Below are positions 28,297 through 38,531 of a stretch of 62,279 nucleotides of DNA, in pieces. This DNA is from a virus (taxonomy: Duplodnaviria > Caudoviricetes). A program made the translations under genes and the position numbers. Each line of letters starts with the position of its first letter. Position 1 is the first letter of the stretch. The stretch spans positions 1-62,279 of IMG/VR virus record IMGVR_UViG_3300035338_000024, one strand, 5' to 3'. The notes under the pieces were generated by a model. The model had not been told where the DNA came from, searched no databases, and was given only the letters and a program-made list of their open reading frames with translations.

Positions 28297-28926
28297 ATGA
28301 AGCTGCCGCAAGGCTGGAAGCTGATCGATCGGATGGAGGTTTGCGCCGGCGATACCATCCACACGATGGCCATGGAGGTCCCCGGGCCGGCCGTGATCCT
28401 GTGCCGGTCCCGCACGAAGCTGGACACCGACCGGAGGGCCATGCCCGCCGTGTCCGAGGCCCTGGTGGTGCTGCCGGACATGGCCCTGGAGTCCTTCGAC
28501 TACGGAAACCAGTGGCGCCTGGTTTCGGCCAAGCCCATCGAGTACGCCCGGGAGCCAATTCAGAGGTACCGCGAAGCAAAGGCCGCCAATATGGCCACGG
28601 CTAAGGAATCCTTGAAGGCGTATTTCGGGGAAGAACTGGACCGCCTCACTGTGGGCCAGGTGATCGGCTCTTGCACCGGGGCGCCGCAGGCCGAGGACAC
28701 CGGCGGCATGCTGGAAGACGAGAGCGAGCCCAGGATGACGCCCGCTCAGGCCATGCAGGCCAAGAACTTGCTCGACAAGCTGGGCGACATCCAGAGCCAC
28801 CAGGGCGAGGCCATCACCTTTGACCTGAAGATGGACGGCGGCACGCGCGAGGAAGTCCAGGCCCTGCCCGATTCGCCCCGGCCCGAGGCTCCGCAACCCG
28901 AAGAGAAGGAGGGCGAGCAGAAATGA
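28297..28926 (+). CDS. Hypothetical protein
   Basis: AAGGAG RBS, high GC3. Confidence 0.7.
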   Translation: MKLPQGWKLIDRMEVCAGDTIHTMAMEVPGPAVILCRSRTKLDTDRRAMPAVSEALVVLPDMALESFDYGNQWRLVSAKPIEYAREPIQRYREAKAANMATAKESLKAYFGEELDRLTVGQVIGSCTGAPQAEDTGGMLEDESEPRMTPAQAMQAKNLLDKLGDIQSHQGEAITFDLKMDGGTREEVQALPDSPRPEAPQPEEKEGEQK

Positions 28927-29882
28927 CCGAGCCCGCCAAGACCCAGACGACGCCCCCGGCCGACCCGCCGCCCGACCCGAAGGACCTGGAGCGGCAGCTG
29001 GCAGGCCTGGGCAGCGCGCCGAAGCTGGACGACCTCCTGGGGGAGGAAGAGGCCGCCGCCATGGCCGAGCCGGACGACCCGGCCGCCGTGGCCGAGGACC
29101 CGCCCCCGGCAGCCCCGGGGCCATCCGCCCAGCCGCCGGCAACACCCCCGCAGCAGCCCCCGGCCGACCCGCCGGCTACTCAGCCGCCTCCCGCGGCCGC
29201 CCAGCAGCCCCCGGCAGCAGATACGCCTCCGGTGGAGCCGCCCCAGCCGCCGCCCGTGACGCTGATCCCAGTTTTCAAGCCGCTGCCCCTCATCCCGGCG
29301 CAGCAGATCGAGCAGCTGAAGACCGAGGCCGCCGCGGAGCGCAAGCGGTACGAGGACGGGGAAGTCACCTTCGACGACTACATGGCCAAGGTCCGGGCCC
29401 TGGACGGCGCCGAAATGCAGAACCGCATGGCGTCGATGACCAACCAGGCCAACCGAACGGCCATGTGGGAGGCCGAGCAGCGCGCTTTCCTGGGGGCCCA
29501 CAAGGAACTTTCCAACCCGGCGGTTCACGACCTGTTCGTGACCCGGGTGAACCAATTGATCGAGCACCCCGACGCCGCGAAGGTCACCGACCGGCAGCTC
29601 CTGGAGGAGGCCTACAAGGTGGTCCTGGAGCTTCGCGGGGCCTTCGGCACGCCGACGCCCCCCAAGCCCAGCGCGGAGGAGCTCGCCCGCCAGGCCAAGC
29701 AGCAGCGGGCCGAGGGAGACGCCCGCCGGGCAGCCATGAACATCGGAGATCTACCCGCGGCCGGCACCAACGACGACAGCGCCGGCCTGTTCGCTTCCCT
29801 GGACAAGCTGGACGGCGACGCCCTGGAGGCCGCCCTGGCCCGCATGCCCGCGGAAGCAGTCGAGCGATACCTCGCCTCATAG
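28923..29882 (+). CDS. Putative capsid scaffolding protein
   Basis: Pro/acidic N-terminus, helical C-terminus, directly before capsid gene. Confidence 0.75.
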   Translation: MTEPAKTQTTPPADPPPDPKDLERQLAGLGSAPKLDDLLGEEEAAAMAEPDDPAAVAEDPPPAAPGPSAQPPATPPQQPPADPPATQPPPAAAQQPPAADTPPVEPPQPPPVTLIPVFKPLPLIPAQQIEQLKTEAAAERKRYEDGEVTFDDYMAKVRALDGAEMQNRMASMTNQANRTAMWEAEQRAFLGAHKELSNPAVHDLFVTRVNQLIEHPDAAKVTDRQLLEEAYKVVLELRGAFGTPTPPKPSAEELARQAKQQRAEGDARRAAMNIGDLPAAGTNDDSAGLFASLDKLDGDALEAALARMPAEAVERYLAS

Positions 29883-30055
29883 TGAGGCGGCAGTAAGAAG
29901 CACACCAGCACCCACCACACGGCCGGGTCCTCATACCCGACGGTTCGCCATAGCCGAAGAAGCCGCGCAAGGGCCAACGCTGGAACGGATGGAGCAGATG
30001 CGACCTGACGAGCCTGACACTCGACTCCAACTGATCCGACGAAAGGAACACATCC

Positions 30056-31198
30056 ATGCGCACCCTCATCGGCGTGAACGACCCCAAGGCCATCAAGAAG
30101 CAGTCCGCCTTCCTGGCCGTGGACATGGCCAAGAAATCCTACATCACCAGCCGGTTAATGGGCGTGGGGCAGGATTCCAGCATGCCCTGCCAGATGCTGA
30201 AGGAGCTGGAAAGCGACGCGGGCGAGTACATCAGCTTCGATCTGCTCATGCAGATGACGATGCAGCCCCGCGAGGGCGACCAGGTGTTGGAGAACTTCGA
30301 GGAGGACATGAAGTTCTACACCGACGGTCTCTACATCGACCAGCTTCGGGCCGGCGTCAACACCGGCGGCCGCATGACCCGCAAGCGGACGATCCATGCC
30401 CTGCGCGCCCGGGCCCGCCGGCTCCAGCGCGACTACTGGGCGCGGGTTTTCGATGAGCTGTGGTTCATGTACGCCTCCGGTGCCCGCGGCATCAACACCG
30501 GCTTCCTGTTTCCGCTCACCTACACGGGCTTTGCCGGCAACGCCTTCACGGCCCCCGATGCGGAGCACATCCAGTTCGCCGGCGGCACCAAGAAGGCCAC
30601 CCTGGCCGATACCAACAAGTTCGAGGTCGGGGAGATCGACAAGGCCGTGGCCGTCATTTCCGACATGGGCGGGGATGCTGGCAGCGGGTATGCCGGCACG
30701 GACGGAAACCTCCAGACCCCGGGCATGCTCCCGATTATGGTGGACGGCGAGGAGCACTACGTTGTGGTGGTGCATCCCTACTCCACCTACGACATGCGCA
30801 CTGCCACAGGGACGAACGGCTGGATGGACATCCAGAAGGCCGCCATCCAGGCCCTGGGCCGCAAGAGCCCGATCTTCACGGGCGCCAAGGGGATGCACAA
30901 CAACGTCCTCATCCACGAGCACCGCAACGTGATCCGCTTCAACGACTACGGCGCGGGCGGCAACGTGGCCGCGGCCCGCTCCCTGCTTCTGGGCGAGCAG
31001 GCCACCGTGATCGCCTTCGGCTCCCCCGGGACCGGCCTCCGGTTCGGCTGGCACGAGGAAGGCCGAGACAACGACAACCAGCTGGTCATCTCCACCCACA
31101 CCATCGTGGGCATGAAGAAGGTCAGCTACAACGGCAAGGACCTGGCGACCTACGCCATCGACTGCGCCTGCAAGCGGCCCGTGACCACCGCCCCGTAA
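30056..31198 (+). CDS. Major capsid protein, N4-gp56/DUF4043 family
   Basis: ELESDAGEYISFDL, LYIDQLRAGVNTGGRMTRKRT, ARSLLLGEQA. Confidence 0.92.
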   Translation: MRTLIGVNDPKAIKKQSAFLAVDMAKKSYITSRLMGVGQDSSMPCQMLKELESDAGEYISFDLLMQMTMQPREGDQVLENFEEDMKFYTDGLYIDQLRAGVNTGGRMTRKRTIHALRARARRLQRDYWARVFDELWFMYASGARGINTGFLFPLTYTGFAGNAFTAPDAEHIQFAGGTKKATLADTNKFEVGEIDKAVAVISDMGGDAGSGYAGTDGNLQTPGMLPIMVDGEEHYVVVVHPYSTYDMRTATGTNGWMDIQKAAIQALGRKSPIFTGAKGMHNNVLIHEHRNVIRFNDYGAGGNVAAARSLLLGEQATVIAFGSPGTGLRFGWHEEGRDNDNQLVISTHTIVGMKKVSYNGKDLATYAIDCACKRPVTTAP

Positions 31199-31292
31199 CG
31201 GGGTGACGGGCGCGCCGCTGAAACCCTGATCGACCGAAATCCCCGGGCCCGTGAGCCGGGCCCGGGAAACCGCTTAGAGAAAGGACACTCCC

Positions 31293-31790
31293 ATGCCCAT
31301 GAACATCATGTCCGACCAAGTTGCCAACCGCAAAACCCGCCCGCCCGCCAGCCCCTACTCCGGCGGGGAGCACATGGTCGCTCAGGCCACCCTGGCGGTG
31401 GGCACCGCGAACGTGGCCGCCGGCCAGCTGTGGGGGCTGATCGTTCTGCCCCCCGAAACCCTGCCGGTGGACCTCCACTTCTACAACGAGGAACTGGATT
31501 CCGGCACGAGCGTCCTCGCCGTCAGCGTCGGCGTGCTCAACACCCTGGAAACCGACCTCATCGCCGGGTCGAATTGCTTCACCGGCAAGGTGATCGGCGT
31601 TCCCGGGATGCAGCGGGCCGACGTCCCCGACATGTTTTTCAAGGCGGCCACCTGGCGCCAGCAGGCCAACGCCCCGCAGATTCACCAGCCCATCGTCATC
31701 GCGGCCAAGGTGACAGTCGCGGCCAACGTGGCAGCCTCCGGAGCCGTCTTCATCACCTGCCAGTACCGCCCGACCGCCTTCGGCCTGTGA
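31293..31790 (+). CDS. Putative capsid decoration/minor head protein
   Basis: Beta-rich 165 aa right after capsid; AAGGA RBS. Confidence 0.6.
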   Translation: MPMNIMSDQVANRKTRPPASPYSGGEHMVAQATLAVGTANVAAGQLWGLIVLPPETLPVDLHFYNEELDSGTSVLAVSVGVLNTLETDLIAGSNCFTGKVIGVPGMQRADVPDMFFKAATWRQQANAPQIHQPIVIAAKVTVAANVAASGAVFITCQYRPTAFGL

Positions 31791-31866
31791 GCCCTGGTGG
31801 CCGGTAGACCAACCCTTTGCCCGGGGGGCCTCCGAATGGGGGCCCCTTCAGATCAAGGAGCAGACC

Positions 31867-33213
31867 ATGCCACCGCGCAGACGGAAGAAGATGGAGACGA
31901 CCCCACCTGCCACCGACGCCCCGACCGTTCCCACTGCGAGTGAGGCTTTCCTGGTGAACGTCGAAACCGGAGAGACCGTCGCCCACATCGGCGAGCCCGC
32001 GCCTCCCGCTGAAACGCCGCCGGCGCCGGCCCAGGAGGCAGTCCCTCCGCAGCCTGCCGCCGAGCCCGCGCCACCCCCCGAAGGTCAGCTGATTCTTGTG
32101 GTCGGGGGATCGAACAGCCCCGAAATCCTGGCCAGCATCCGCCAGGCTCTGAAGCCCGACGAGCACCCCGAGGCCATCCGGCTGGACATCCGGCCCGTTT
32201 CCATGACGGACGGCAGCCTGGAGCGCGAGGGCGACATGGCCATCCTGGTCTTCTCCCCGGCCATCGCCGCCCAGGCTCTCACCGTGGCCGCCGTGGCCGC
32301 CCGTCTGGCCAAGGCGCGCGACGACAGGTTCGCCTTCGTCATGCTGGAGGACGATTCGACCGGGCGGTTCCACGACGACGACGTGGCCACCTTCGGCCCG
32401 ATCCTCTCCATGCTGGAGGCCGACGAGATTCCGATCTACCCCACCACCATGGACCTGGCCGACGGGCTGCAGGGCATGTGTCGGATGGTGCGAGAGGATC
32501 TGGAGGAAGCGAAGCGGAAGGCCGAGGCCGAGGAGGCCGCCCGGGCCGTCGCTGCACGGGAAGCCCTGCGGGCCGCCGCCGACCCGCCGCCGCCCGAGGT
32601 GGACCACGGCGCTCCGAAAGACCCCAACCGGCAGCGCCCCCGGCGCTTCGACCAGCCCCCGCCGCCCGAGCTGGAGGTATACCGCTTCGACCCGACCGTT
32701 CTGGAATGCACCATCGAGCGGGACGGGCCCACGACCATCCACATCAAGAACCGGCCCTTCACCTTCACGAGGAACTTACGCGGGCACTACGTCTGCCAGG
32801 TGGCCGACCGTGGCATGCGGAACTACCTGCTTTCCCAGCCGGGCAGCTTCCGGATCTACTGCCCGAAGGGAACAGTGGCCACCGAGGCCGAGCGCAAGGC
32901 CTACCACCTCGCTTTCGCCGGCACCGAGTCGGTTGCCGTCTTCTGGCAAGGCATGATCGAGCAGATCCGCGCCATGGACGGCGACGCCTTCGCCGGGGTG
33001 ACCGTGAGCGTCATCGATCGGGCCGCCAGCCGACCGCCGGGGTCGGCCAACTCCGAGCCCCCGCGAAGGAACGTCTTCAGGCCCGGCTTCCTGCATCAAA
33101 ATCTGGAGATCATCAATTCGGCGCCGGCCGAGGTCCGCGAGGCCGCCCGGGAGAAGTGGAACCTGGTGATGAAGGCCCGCAAGGACCGCATGAGCCTCTA
33201 CCCGGGGGAGTGA
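31867..33213 (+). CDS. Multidomain hypothetical protein
   Basis: AAGGAG RBS; Pro-rich N-terminus, alpha/beta central domain. Confidence 0.75.
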   Translation: MPPRRRKKMETTPPATDAPTVPTASEAFLVNVETGETVAHIGEPAPPAETPPAPAQEAVPPQPAAEPAPPPEGQLILVVGGSNSPEILASIRQALKPDEHPEAIRLDIRPVSMTDGSLEREGDMAILVFSPAIAAQALTVAAVAARLAKARDDRFAFVMLEDDSTGRFHDDDVATFGPILSMLEADEIPIYPTTMDLADGLQGMCRMVREDLEEAKRKAEAEEAARAVAAREALRAAADPPPPEVDHGAPKDPNRQRPRRFDQPPPPELEVYRFDPTVLECTIERDGPTTIHIKNRPFTFTRNLRGHYVCQVADRGMRNYLLSQPGSFRIYCPKGTVATEAERKAYHLAFAGTESVAVFWQGMIEQIRAMDGDAFAGVTVSVIDRAASRPPGSANSEPPRRNVFRPGFLHQNLEIINSAPAEVREAAREKWNLVMKARKDRMSLYPGE

Positions 33214-33217
33214 TCCC

Positions 33218-34075
33218 ATGGACATGGCCGACTTCTATCACGCGGTGCGCCTGGGGGTGCTGGATGCCAGCTACCCCACGGAGCAGATCGACGAAGGGCT
33301 GAAGGTGGCCCTGTTGGAGCTGCGGAAGCTCTACGAAACGCATTGCCCCGACCGGCTGCGGCGCCGGGCATTGCTGCCGAAGGTCGGGGCGGGCGTGTTC
33401 GGGGCGCCGGTTGACAGCCGCCGGATCCTCGCCGCCTACGACCTTCGGTCCGCCGCCATCCCCATCGAGAGCGTGACCATCCTGGAAGGGGAGGCCTGGC
33501 TGCGTGCCGCGAACCACGGGCTGGGGGAGGGAGCCCTGGTGACCACTTCCGGCCTCTCGGTAACGGGAGCTCCGGACGGCAACCGCTACACCGCGACCCT
33601 CTACGGTCCAGACCCCGGCAATCTGTTCGGGCTGCTCGAGCTGACCGCCCCCCAGGCCGGCTACATCGCGGGGGGCCACGTCTACGACGACAGCAAGATG
33701 GTGGAGATCCACCCCATCTATCCCCGGCAGGAGGAGGCCCTGAAGGGTTACAGCCGCCAGAACTACATATGGATGGGCAATGCCCTGCGGCTCACCAACC
33801 CCGCCAACCTGGAGGGGGACGTGGCCGCCGACTTCGTGCGCAAGCTCTCCGCGCTGGCCGACGTGGACGAAGACCACCACTTCGGCCTGGTGGCCTTCTG
33901 TGTGATGCAAATGGGCCAGCCGCCCGACCCCGAAACCCACGCCCGCCTGGTGGAGCCCTACCGGAAGAACCAGGCCTTCTATGCCTCCGCGTGGGAAACC
34001 CTGATCCAGAACCTGGAAAGCCTGGGCCGCCCACACATGGACACCTTCACCCACACCCCCGTTCGGGATTTCTGA
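33218..34075 (+). CDS. Putative head-tail adaptor with inserted FCCH-like beta domain
   Basis: Helical termini; ANHGLGEGALVTTSGL...YIAGG insertion. Confidence 0.55.
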   Translation: MDMADFYHAVRLGVLDASYPTEQIDEGLKVALLELRKLYETHCPDRLRRRALLPKVGAGVFGAPVDSRRILAAYDLRSAAIPIESVTILEGEAWLRAANHGLGEGALVTTSGLSVTGAPDGNRYTATLYGPDPGNLFGLLELTAPQAGYIAGGHVYDDSKMVEIHPIYPRQEEALKGYSRQNYIWMGNALRLTNPANLEGDVAADFVRKLSALADVDEDHHFGLVAFCVMQMGQPPDPETHARLVEPYRKNQAFYASAWETLIQNLESLGRPHMDTFTHTPVRDF

Positions 34076-34090
34076 CCGGGAGGCCGCGCC

Positions 34091-34810
34091 ATGAAGCATT
34101 GCCGTTCCAGATACGCCTGGCTGCTGGTTGCATTGCTGGTGCTGTGCGCCGGCAATGCGGCCGCATCCAGCCAGACCATGAGCACCAAGACGGTCGCCAA
34201 CTTTATCACGGAGCTGCGCGACCTCCTGAACGACAAGGACTCCGAAAACTATTTCTTCGGCGACGACGAGCTCCTGCGCTGGACCAACGCCGGGGCTGCC
34301 GAACTCGCCACCGTGGCCCACTGCTTCGAGGACCTTGTGACGATCAACCTGGCCGCCGGCCAGATTTTCTATGCCCTGCCGGCAAACTACCTGGCGGTGG
34401 TGGCCGTGGTGCTCATGGATGCGACCGGCGGGAACCCCCGGGGGCTCTTGAAGGGCAGTCCGGCGTCCATCGGCGCGAGCCAGGAGGACCTGCTGAAGGG
34501 CAAGCGCGTGGTGGGGTGGTTCACCTTCAAGCACCAGCTGGGCGTCTACCCCCTGCCGGCCGCCGGCACCACTGAGAAGCTCACCGTCATGCTGGCCCTG
34601 CCCGCCACCGCGGCGGCCGACACCAACGCCACCTTGCCCGTTCCCGCGATCTACGAGCAGGCCCTCCGCTACTACGTCCTGTCCCAGGCCCTCTACAAAG
34701 ATAAGCAGAGCGCCCGGGCGGCCTCCTTTCTGACCCTGTTCTACCAGGTGGCAACCAACATGCGGGCCGAGCTGGTGGAGCCGCTTTCCGGCAACCGGGA
34801 GGTCAAGTGA
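34091..34810 (+). CDS. Phage adaptor (DUF6682-like) with N-terminal signal peptide
   Basis: TVANFITELRDLLND...DDELLRWTNAG...YEQALRYYVLSQALYKD; GGGAGG RBS. Confidence 0.75.
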   Translation: MKHCRSRYAWLLVALLVLCAGNAAASSQTMSTKTVANFITELRDLLNDKDSENYFFGDDELLRWTNAGAAELATVAHCFEDLVTINLAAGQIFYALPANYLAVVAVVLMDATGGNPRGLLKGSPASIGASQEDLLKGKRVVGWFTFKHQLGVYPLPAAGTTEKLTVMLALPATAAADTNATLPVPAIYEQALRYYVLSQALYKDKQSARAASFLTLFYQVATNMRAELVEPLSGNREVK

Positions 34811-37539
34811 TGGCCACCGTTCGGTGCCGCTGGCTGGTTGCGCTGATCGCCCTGCTGGTCCTGGCGGGGTCTGCCGGGCTCTATGCCGTGCCACAGCCAA
34901 TCCGGGTGATGGAAGTCCCCGACCAGGAGCCTCAGCGGAAGGATTTTACGTTTTCGGGGAAGTGGATGCCCTCCATCGACCCGAGCCGGCTCGGCGCGGA
35001 GAACTTCCGCACCCTGCGCAACCTGCGGCCCATCCGCGAAACCATCGAGGGCACCAACGGCTACACCCTGGCGACCACCGCGCCGCTCGCCACCTACACC
35101 GACATCCGCGACGGGATCCAGCTCCGCAAGGACGGCCAGAGCCACATCCTGGTGTGGGCCGTGGACCCCGCCACGGGCCAGGGCCGCGTCTTCCTCAACA
35201 AGACCGAGGTGCCCGACGACGGACCCTTCGAAGCTACCCCCATCCATACCGACAGCGTCCCGGGGCTGACCGGATCCCTCGCGGAGCTTCCCCGGGGAGC
35301 CATAGGCTACGCCAACGGCGACGAGTCGATCATCTACTCGGGCGAGATCATGCCCGTGGGCGGGTTCTACCTGGTCAACGACGCAACCCTCGCGGGCGCA
35401 GTGTGGTTCGGTGACCAGGCTCAATCCACCCTCTCCACGCCCAGCGAGACCATCCCCATCGGAACCAAGCGGTTCGCCCTGGTCTTCGTGCCCCGGGCGC
35501 TGGACGCGCTGCACTTCACGGTAACGTCGGCCAATTCCACGGCCTCCACGGTGGCCGTCAAATACTGGACCGGCACCGCCTGGGCCGCCGTGACGGGGCT
35601 ATCCGACAGGACCAGCCTGGACGGCAAGGCCCTGGCCCAGAGCGGCACCATCTCCTTCGACTCCACCGTCGGCCTGGTGGCCCCGTGCCACTTCGAAGAT
35701 TTTTACAGCGCCGCCTACCTGCTGGAGTGGACCGCCGGGACCACCGCAATCCTGGGCCAGGTCACCAGCCGGGCGCCGCCCCAGCCTCTGCAGAACGCCT
35801 GGGACGGCGCCGACCGCCAGTTGACCCAGGTGCAGGTGTCCCGATCAGGCAAGTGGGAGGACTACACCCTCAACGCCAACGAACCGTCCGGCGTCGATTA
35901 CCCCATCGGCGCGGTGCTGGACGGCCTGGTGGCCACGACCGAGTTCATGGTGGTGATGAGCCAGGAACGCCTGAGCGCGCTTCGGCTCACGATGGTCGGC
36001 AACCTGGTCAACACCACGGGCAACACCACGGTCACCGTTCAGTATTGGTCGAGGTCCGGGGCCTGGGTGAACGTCTCCAACCCGGTGGACGGCACCAAGT
36101 CGGGCAACATCGCCCTCAACCGCTCAGGTCTGGTGAGCTGGACGCCCCCGGCGGTGACCGAGGAGGCCCAGCACGTCGAGTACGGGGCCATCTTCGGCAC
36201 GCCAGGCTTCGCGTACAAGGTCTTCTGGACGGGCGGCAACCTGTCCGGGACGGCCGGCGGCGCCAAGGAGCTGGTCATCGACCTGGTGCGGGGCCGACCC
36301 GCCCAGGAGCGGGTGCCGGCCTTCAAGTTCCTCCGGTCCTACAAGGGCCGGGTCCTGGGTTGCGGGGTCCCGAGCGAAAACGCCGGCAATCGGGTGGACT
36401 TCACGGCCACCAACGCCCCGGATGTTTGGAACGGCAGCGAGTCCTCCCGCGGCCCCACCACGGGCCCCCTCTACTTCGGCAGCGAGAACGAGCCGCTGAC
36501 CAACGGCGTCACCCTCTACAATCGATATGGCTCCAACGTCTTCGAGATCTTTTTCGCAACCTCCCGTTCCCGCTGCTTCCAGCTGAAGGGCTCGGCGCCC
36601 CGGGGATCCACCAACGACCTGTCCGAGGTCTTCTCCATAGACACGGTTTCGGATTCCGTGGGCTGCCCCGCGCCGAAAACCATGGTGGTGCTGGACGGCT
36701 TCATGGTGGGCCAGGATGTCGAGCGCAAGGTGGTGATGTTCCTCGACTCGTCCGGGCCCTACCGCTACGACGGGGCCACACTGACCCGGATACCGGGCAT
36801 CGAGAACTACTTCGACCCGGCCAACAGCGAGGCCATCAACGCCGACCTGATCCACCTGGCGGCCGGCTGGTACGACCCGGTTTACCGGGAGTGGAACATC
36901 GTCTTCCCTTCCGGCAGCGCGGCCGTCAGGAACAACACCTGGCTGGCCTTCAACGTCGAGCTCCAGAAGTGGTACGAGCGGTCCACCGGGGCCGCTCCCA
37001 TGCCGCAGGTCGGGTGGCTGGTCAAGGAGCCGTCCGGGGCCCACCGGGTTTATGCCGGTCTCGAAACCGGGCACATCGCCCAGCTGGAGGACGGCACCAG
37101 CTGGAACGGCACCCCCATGGACCAGGTGGTGGTGACCGGCGATATCTTCCCCACCGGCAGCATCGCCGACCAGACCATCATCCGCGAAATCAAGATCGTC
37201 TCCCGCCGTATCCCCGAAGCCCACACCCTGGCCATGACCTACTTCAAGGACACGGCCGCCGGGTCCGGCGTCGATCACCAGTGGATCAGCGACGCCGCTC
37301 ACCAGTGGTGGGACACGCCCGACCACCAGTGGGTGACCGAGCAACTCGCCACCGTGGACTTAAGCGCCGGCAGCAGCCTGACCCGGCTGGTGCGCACCAC
37401 CTCTCCCCTGAACCTCGTGGCCTGGAGTCACGGGTTCGGCTTCCAGGTTTCCACGACCACCACCGAGCGGGGCTTCCAGCCCATCGGCTGGTCCATCAAG
37501 TTCAACCGCGTGCGCGACGACCAAGGAACAACGAAATGA
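34810..37539 (+). CDS. Putative tail nozzle/stabilisation protein with N-terminal signal peptide
   Basis: 909 aa, beta-propeller-like motifs (VGCPAPKTM, VMFLDSSGPYRYDG, AGWYDP); podovirus position. Confidence 0.7.
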   Translation: MATVRCRWLVALIALLVLAGSAGLYAVPQPIRVMEVPDQEPQRKDFTFSGKWMPSIDPSRLGAENFRTLRNLRPIRETIEGTNGYTLATTAPLATYTDIRDGIQLRKDGQSHILVWAVDPATGQGRVFLNKTEVPDDGPFEATPIHTDSVPGLTGSLAELPRGAIGYANGDESIIYSGEIMPVGGFYLVNDATLAGAVWFGDQAQSTLSTPSETIPIGTKRFALVFVPRALDALHFTVTSANSTASTVAVKYWTGTAWAAVTGLSDRTSLDGKALAQSGTISFDSTVGLVAPCHFEDFYSAAYLLEWTAGTTAILGQVTSRAPPQPLQNAWDGADRQLTQVQVSRSGKWEDYTLNANEPSGVDYPIGAVLDGLVATTEFMVVMSQERLSALRLTMVGNLVNTTGNTTVTVQYWSRSGAWVNVSNPVDGTKSGNIALNRSGLVSWTPPAVTEEAQHVEYGAIFGTPGFAYKVFWTGGNLSGTAGGAKELVIDLVRGRPAQERVPAFKFLRSYKGRVLGCGVPSENAGNRVDFTATNAPDVWNGSESSRGPTTGPLYFGSENEPLTNGVTLYNRYGSNVFEIFFATSRSRCFQLKGSAPRGSTNDLSEVFSIDTVSDSVGCPAPKTMVVLDGFMVGQDVERKVVMFLDSSGPYRYDGATLTRIPGIENYFDPANSEAINADLIHLAAGWYDPVYREWNIVFPSGSAAVRNNTWLAFNVELQKWYERSTGAAPMPQVGWLVKEPSGAHRVYAGLETGHIAQLEDGTSWNGTPMDQVVVTGDIFPTGSIADQTIIREIKIVSRRIPEAHTLAMTYFKDTAAGSGVDHQWISDAAHQWWDTPDHQWVTEQLATVDLSAGSSLTRLVRTTSPLNLVAWSHGFGFQVSTTTTERGFQPIGWSIKFNRVRDDQGTTK

Positions 37540-38519
37540 AAAAGCTCTCCGCAACCCTCTTGTTGATCCTGCTGGCGGCGGCCTTCCTTTTGCCGGCGCC
37601 GGCCCGCGCCACGCGCACTTACGGGGCCAACGCCATCTATGGCGGGGCCGCCGGGGCCATGGACGCCATCAACGGGGCCAACCTGAGCGACGGGGACCGC
37701 TGTTGGGTTTCGGTTCTCGCTGAGGGGAGGTCCTACCTCTACATCTACAATTCCACGATTGGCGGCGTCGAGGCGGTGCCGTACGTCATCGCTCCCGACG
37801 TGAACGGGGGCAATGGCCGGTGGTTGCTGGTGAAGATCCAATTCGATTCCCTGAAGCTGAAGACCGGCGCCGAGGTCAACGATATTTCCGACGATGAAAC
37901 CCTGGCTGGCGCCTCACCAACCGCGCTCATCACTGAGCGGGCGGCGAAGAAATACAGCGACGAGCTTTACCGCGCCCTGTTCATCCCGGCCAGCGCCTTC
38001 ACCCCGCAGACCACAGCAGGGCCGGCCACGGGAAGCGTGGAGACCACCACGAACAAGGGCATGTTCGACTACCTGGCCTTCGACGGGACGGTGGAGGAGT
38101 ACGCCTTCGCCAACGTGGTGCTCGCCGGCTACGACTCCCGGGTCGGGGGGGCGATCAAGTTCAAGTTCCTCTGGAGGCCCTTCAACGACAACGGGAGCAC
38201 GTCCGACGGGGTGGAGTGGGAGGTGGCTGGCGCGGCCATTTCGGATAACGGCGCCGTGGACGTTGCCCCGGGGACTTCCCAGGTGGTGGCCGACACCCTG
38301 CTTGCCGGGGAGAATACCGTCCTGCACTACACCGACGCCACCCCGGCGGTGACCTTCGCGGGCACCTACACCAGCGCCACCAACGAGGCCCTGGTGCATC
38401 TGCAGGTTTCGCGAAACGTTGGCGGCACCGCCGACACCTACACCGCCGGCGACGCACTGCTGTTCGGCGTTCTCGTTCAGTACCCATTCAACGGCAAGGC
38501 GAATTTCACCGCCTGGTAA
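37536..38519 (+). CDS. Putative tail spike/fibre base protein with N-terminal signal peptide
   Basis: ATG at 37536 with AAGGA RBS and ATGA overlap; GGAAGAMDAING, ISDDETLAGASPTALITERAAKKY fibre-type motifs. Confidence 0.7.
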   Translation: MKKLSATLLLILLAAAFLLPAPARATRTYGANAIYGGAAGAMDAINGANLSDGDRCWVSVLAEGRSYLYIYNSTIGGVEAVPYVIAPDVNGGNGRWLLVKIQFDSLKLKTGAEVNDISDDETLAGASPTALITERAAKKYSDELYRALFIPASAFTPQTTAGPATGSVETTTNKGMFDYLAFDGTVEEYAFANVVLAGYDSRVGGAIKFKFLWRPFNDNGSTSDGVEWEVAGAAISDNGAVDVAPGTSQVVADTLLAGENTVLHYTDATPAVTFAGTYTSATNEALVHLQVSRNVGGTADTYTAGDALLFGVLVQYPFNGKANFTAW

Positions 38520-38531
38520 GGAGTGGCCTCC

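Noticed and set aside
29883-30055. Possible structured ncRNA between scaffold and capsid genes
   Set aside because: No recognisable family or convincing long stem by eye
35685-37535. 944-aa ORF overlapping the nozzle gene (possible frameshift fusion)
   Set aside because: The upstream part is R/G/P-rich shadow of a high-GC3 gene; the real gene starts at ATG 37536 with RBS and leader; no slippery site noticed
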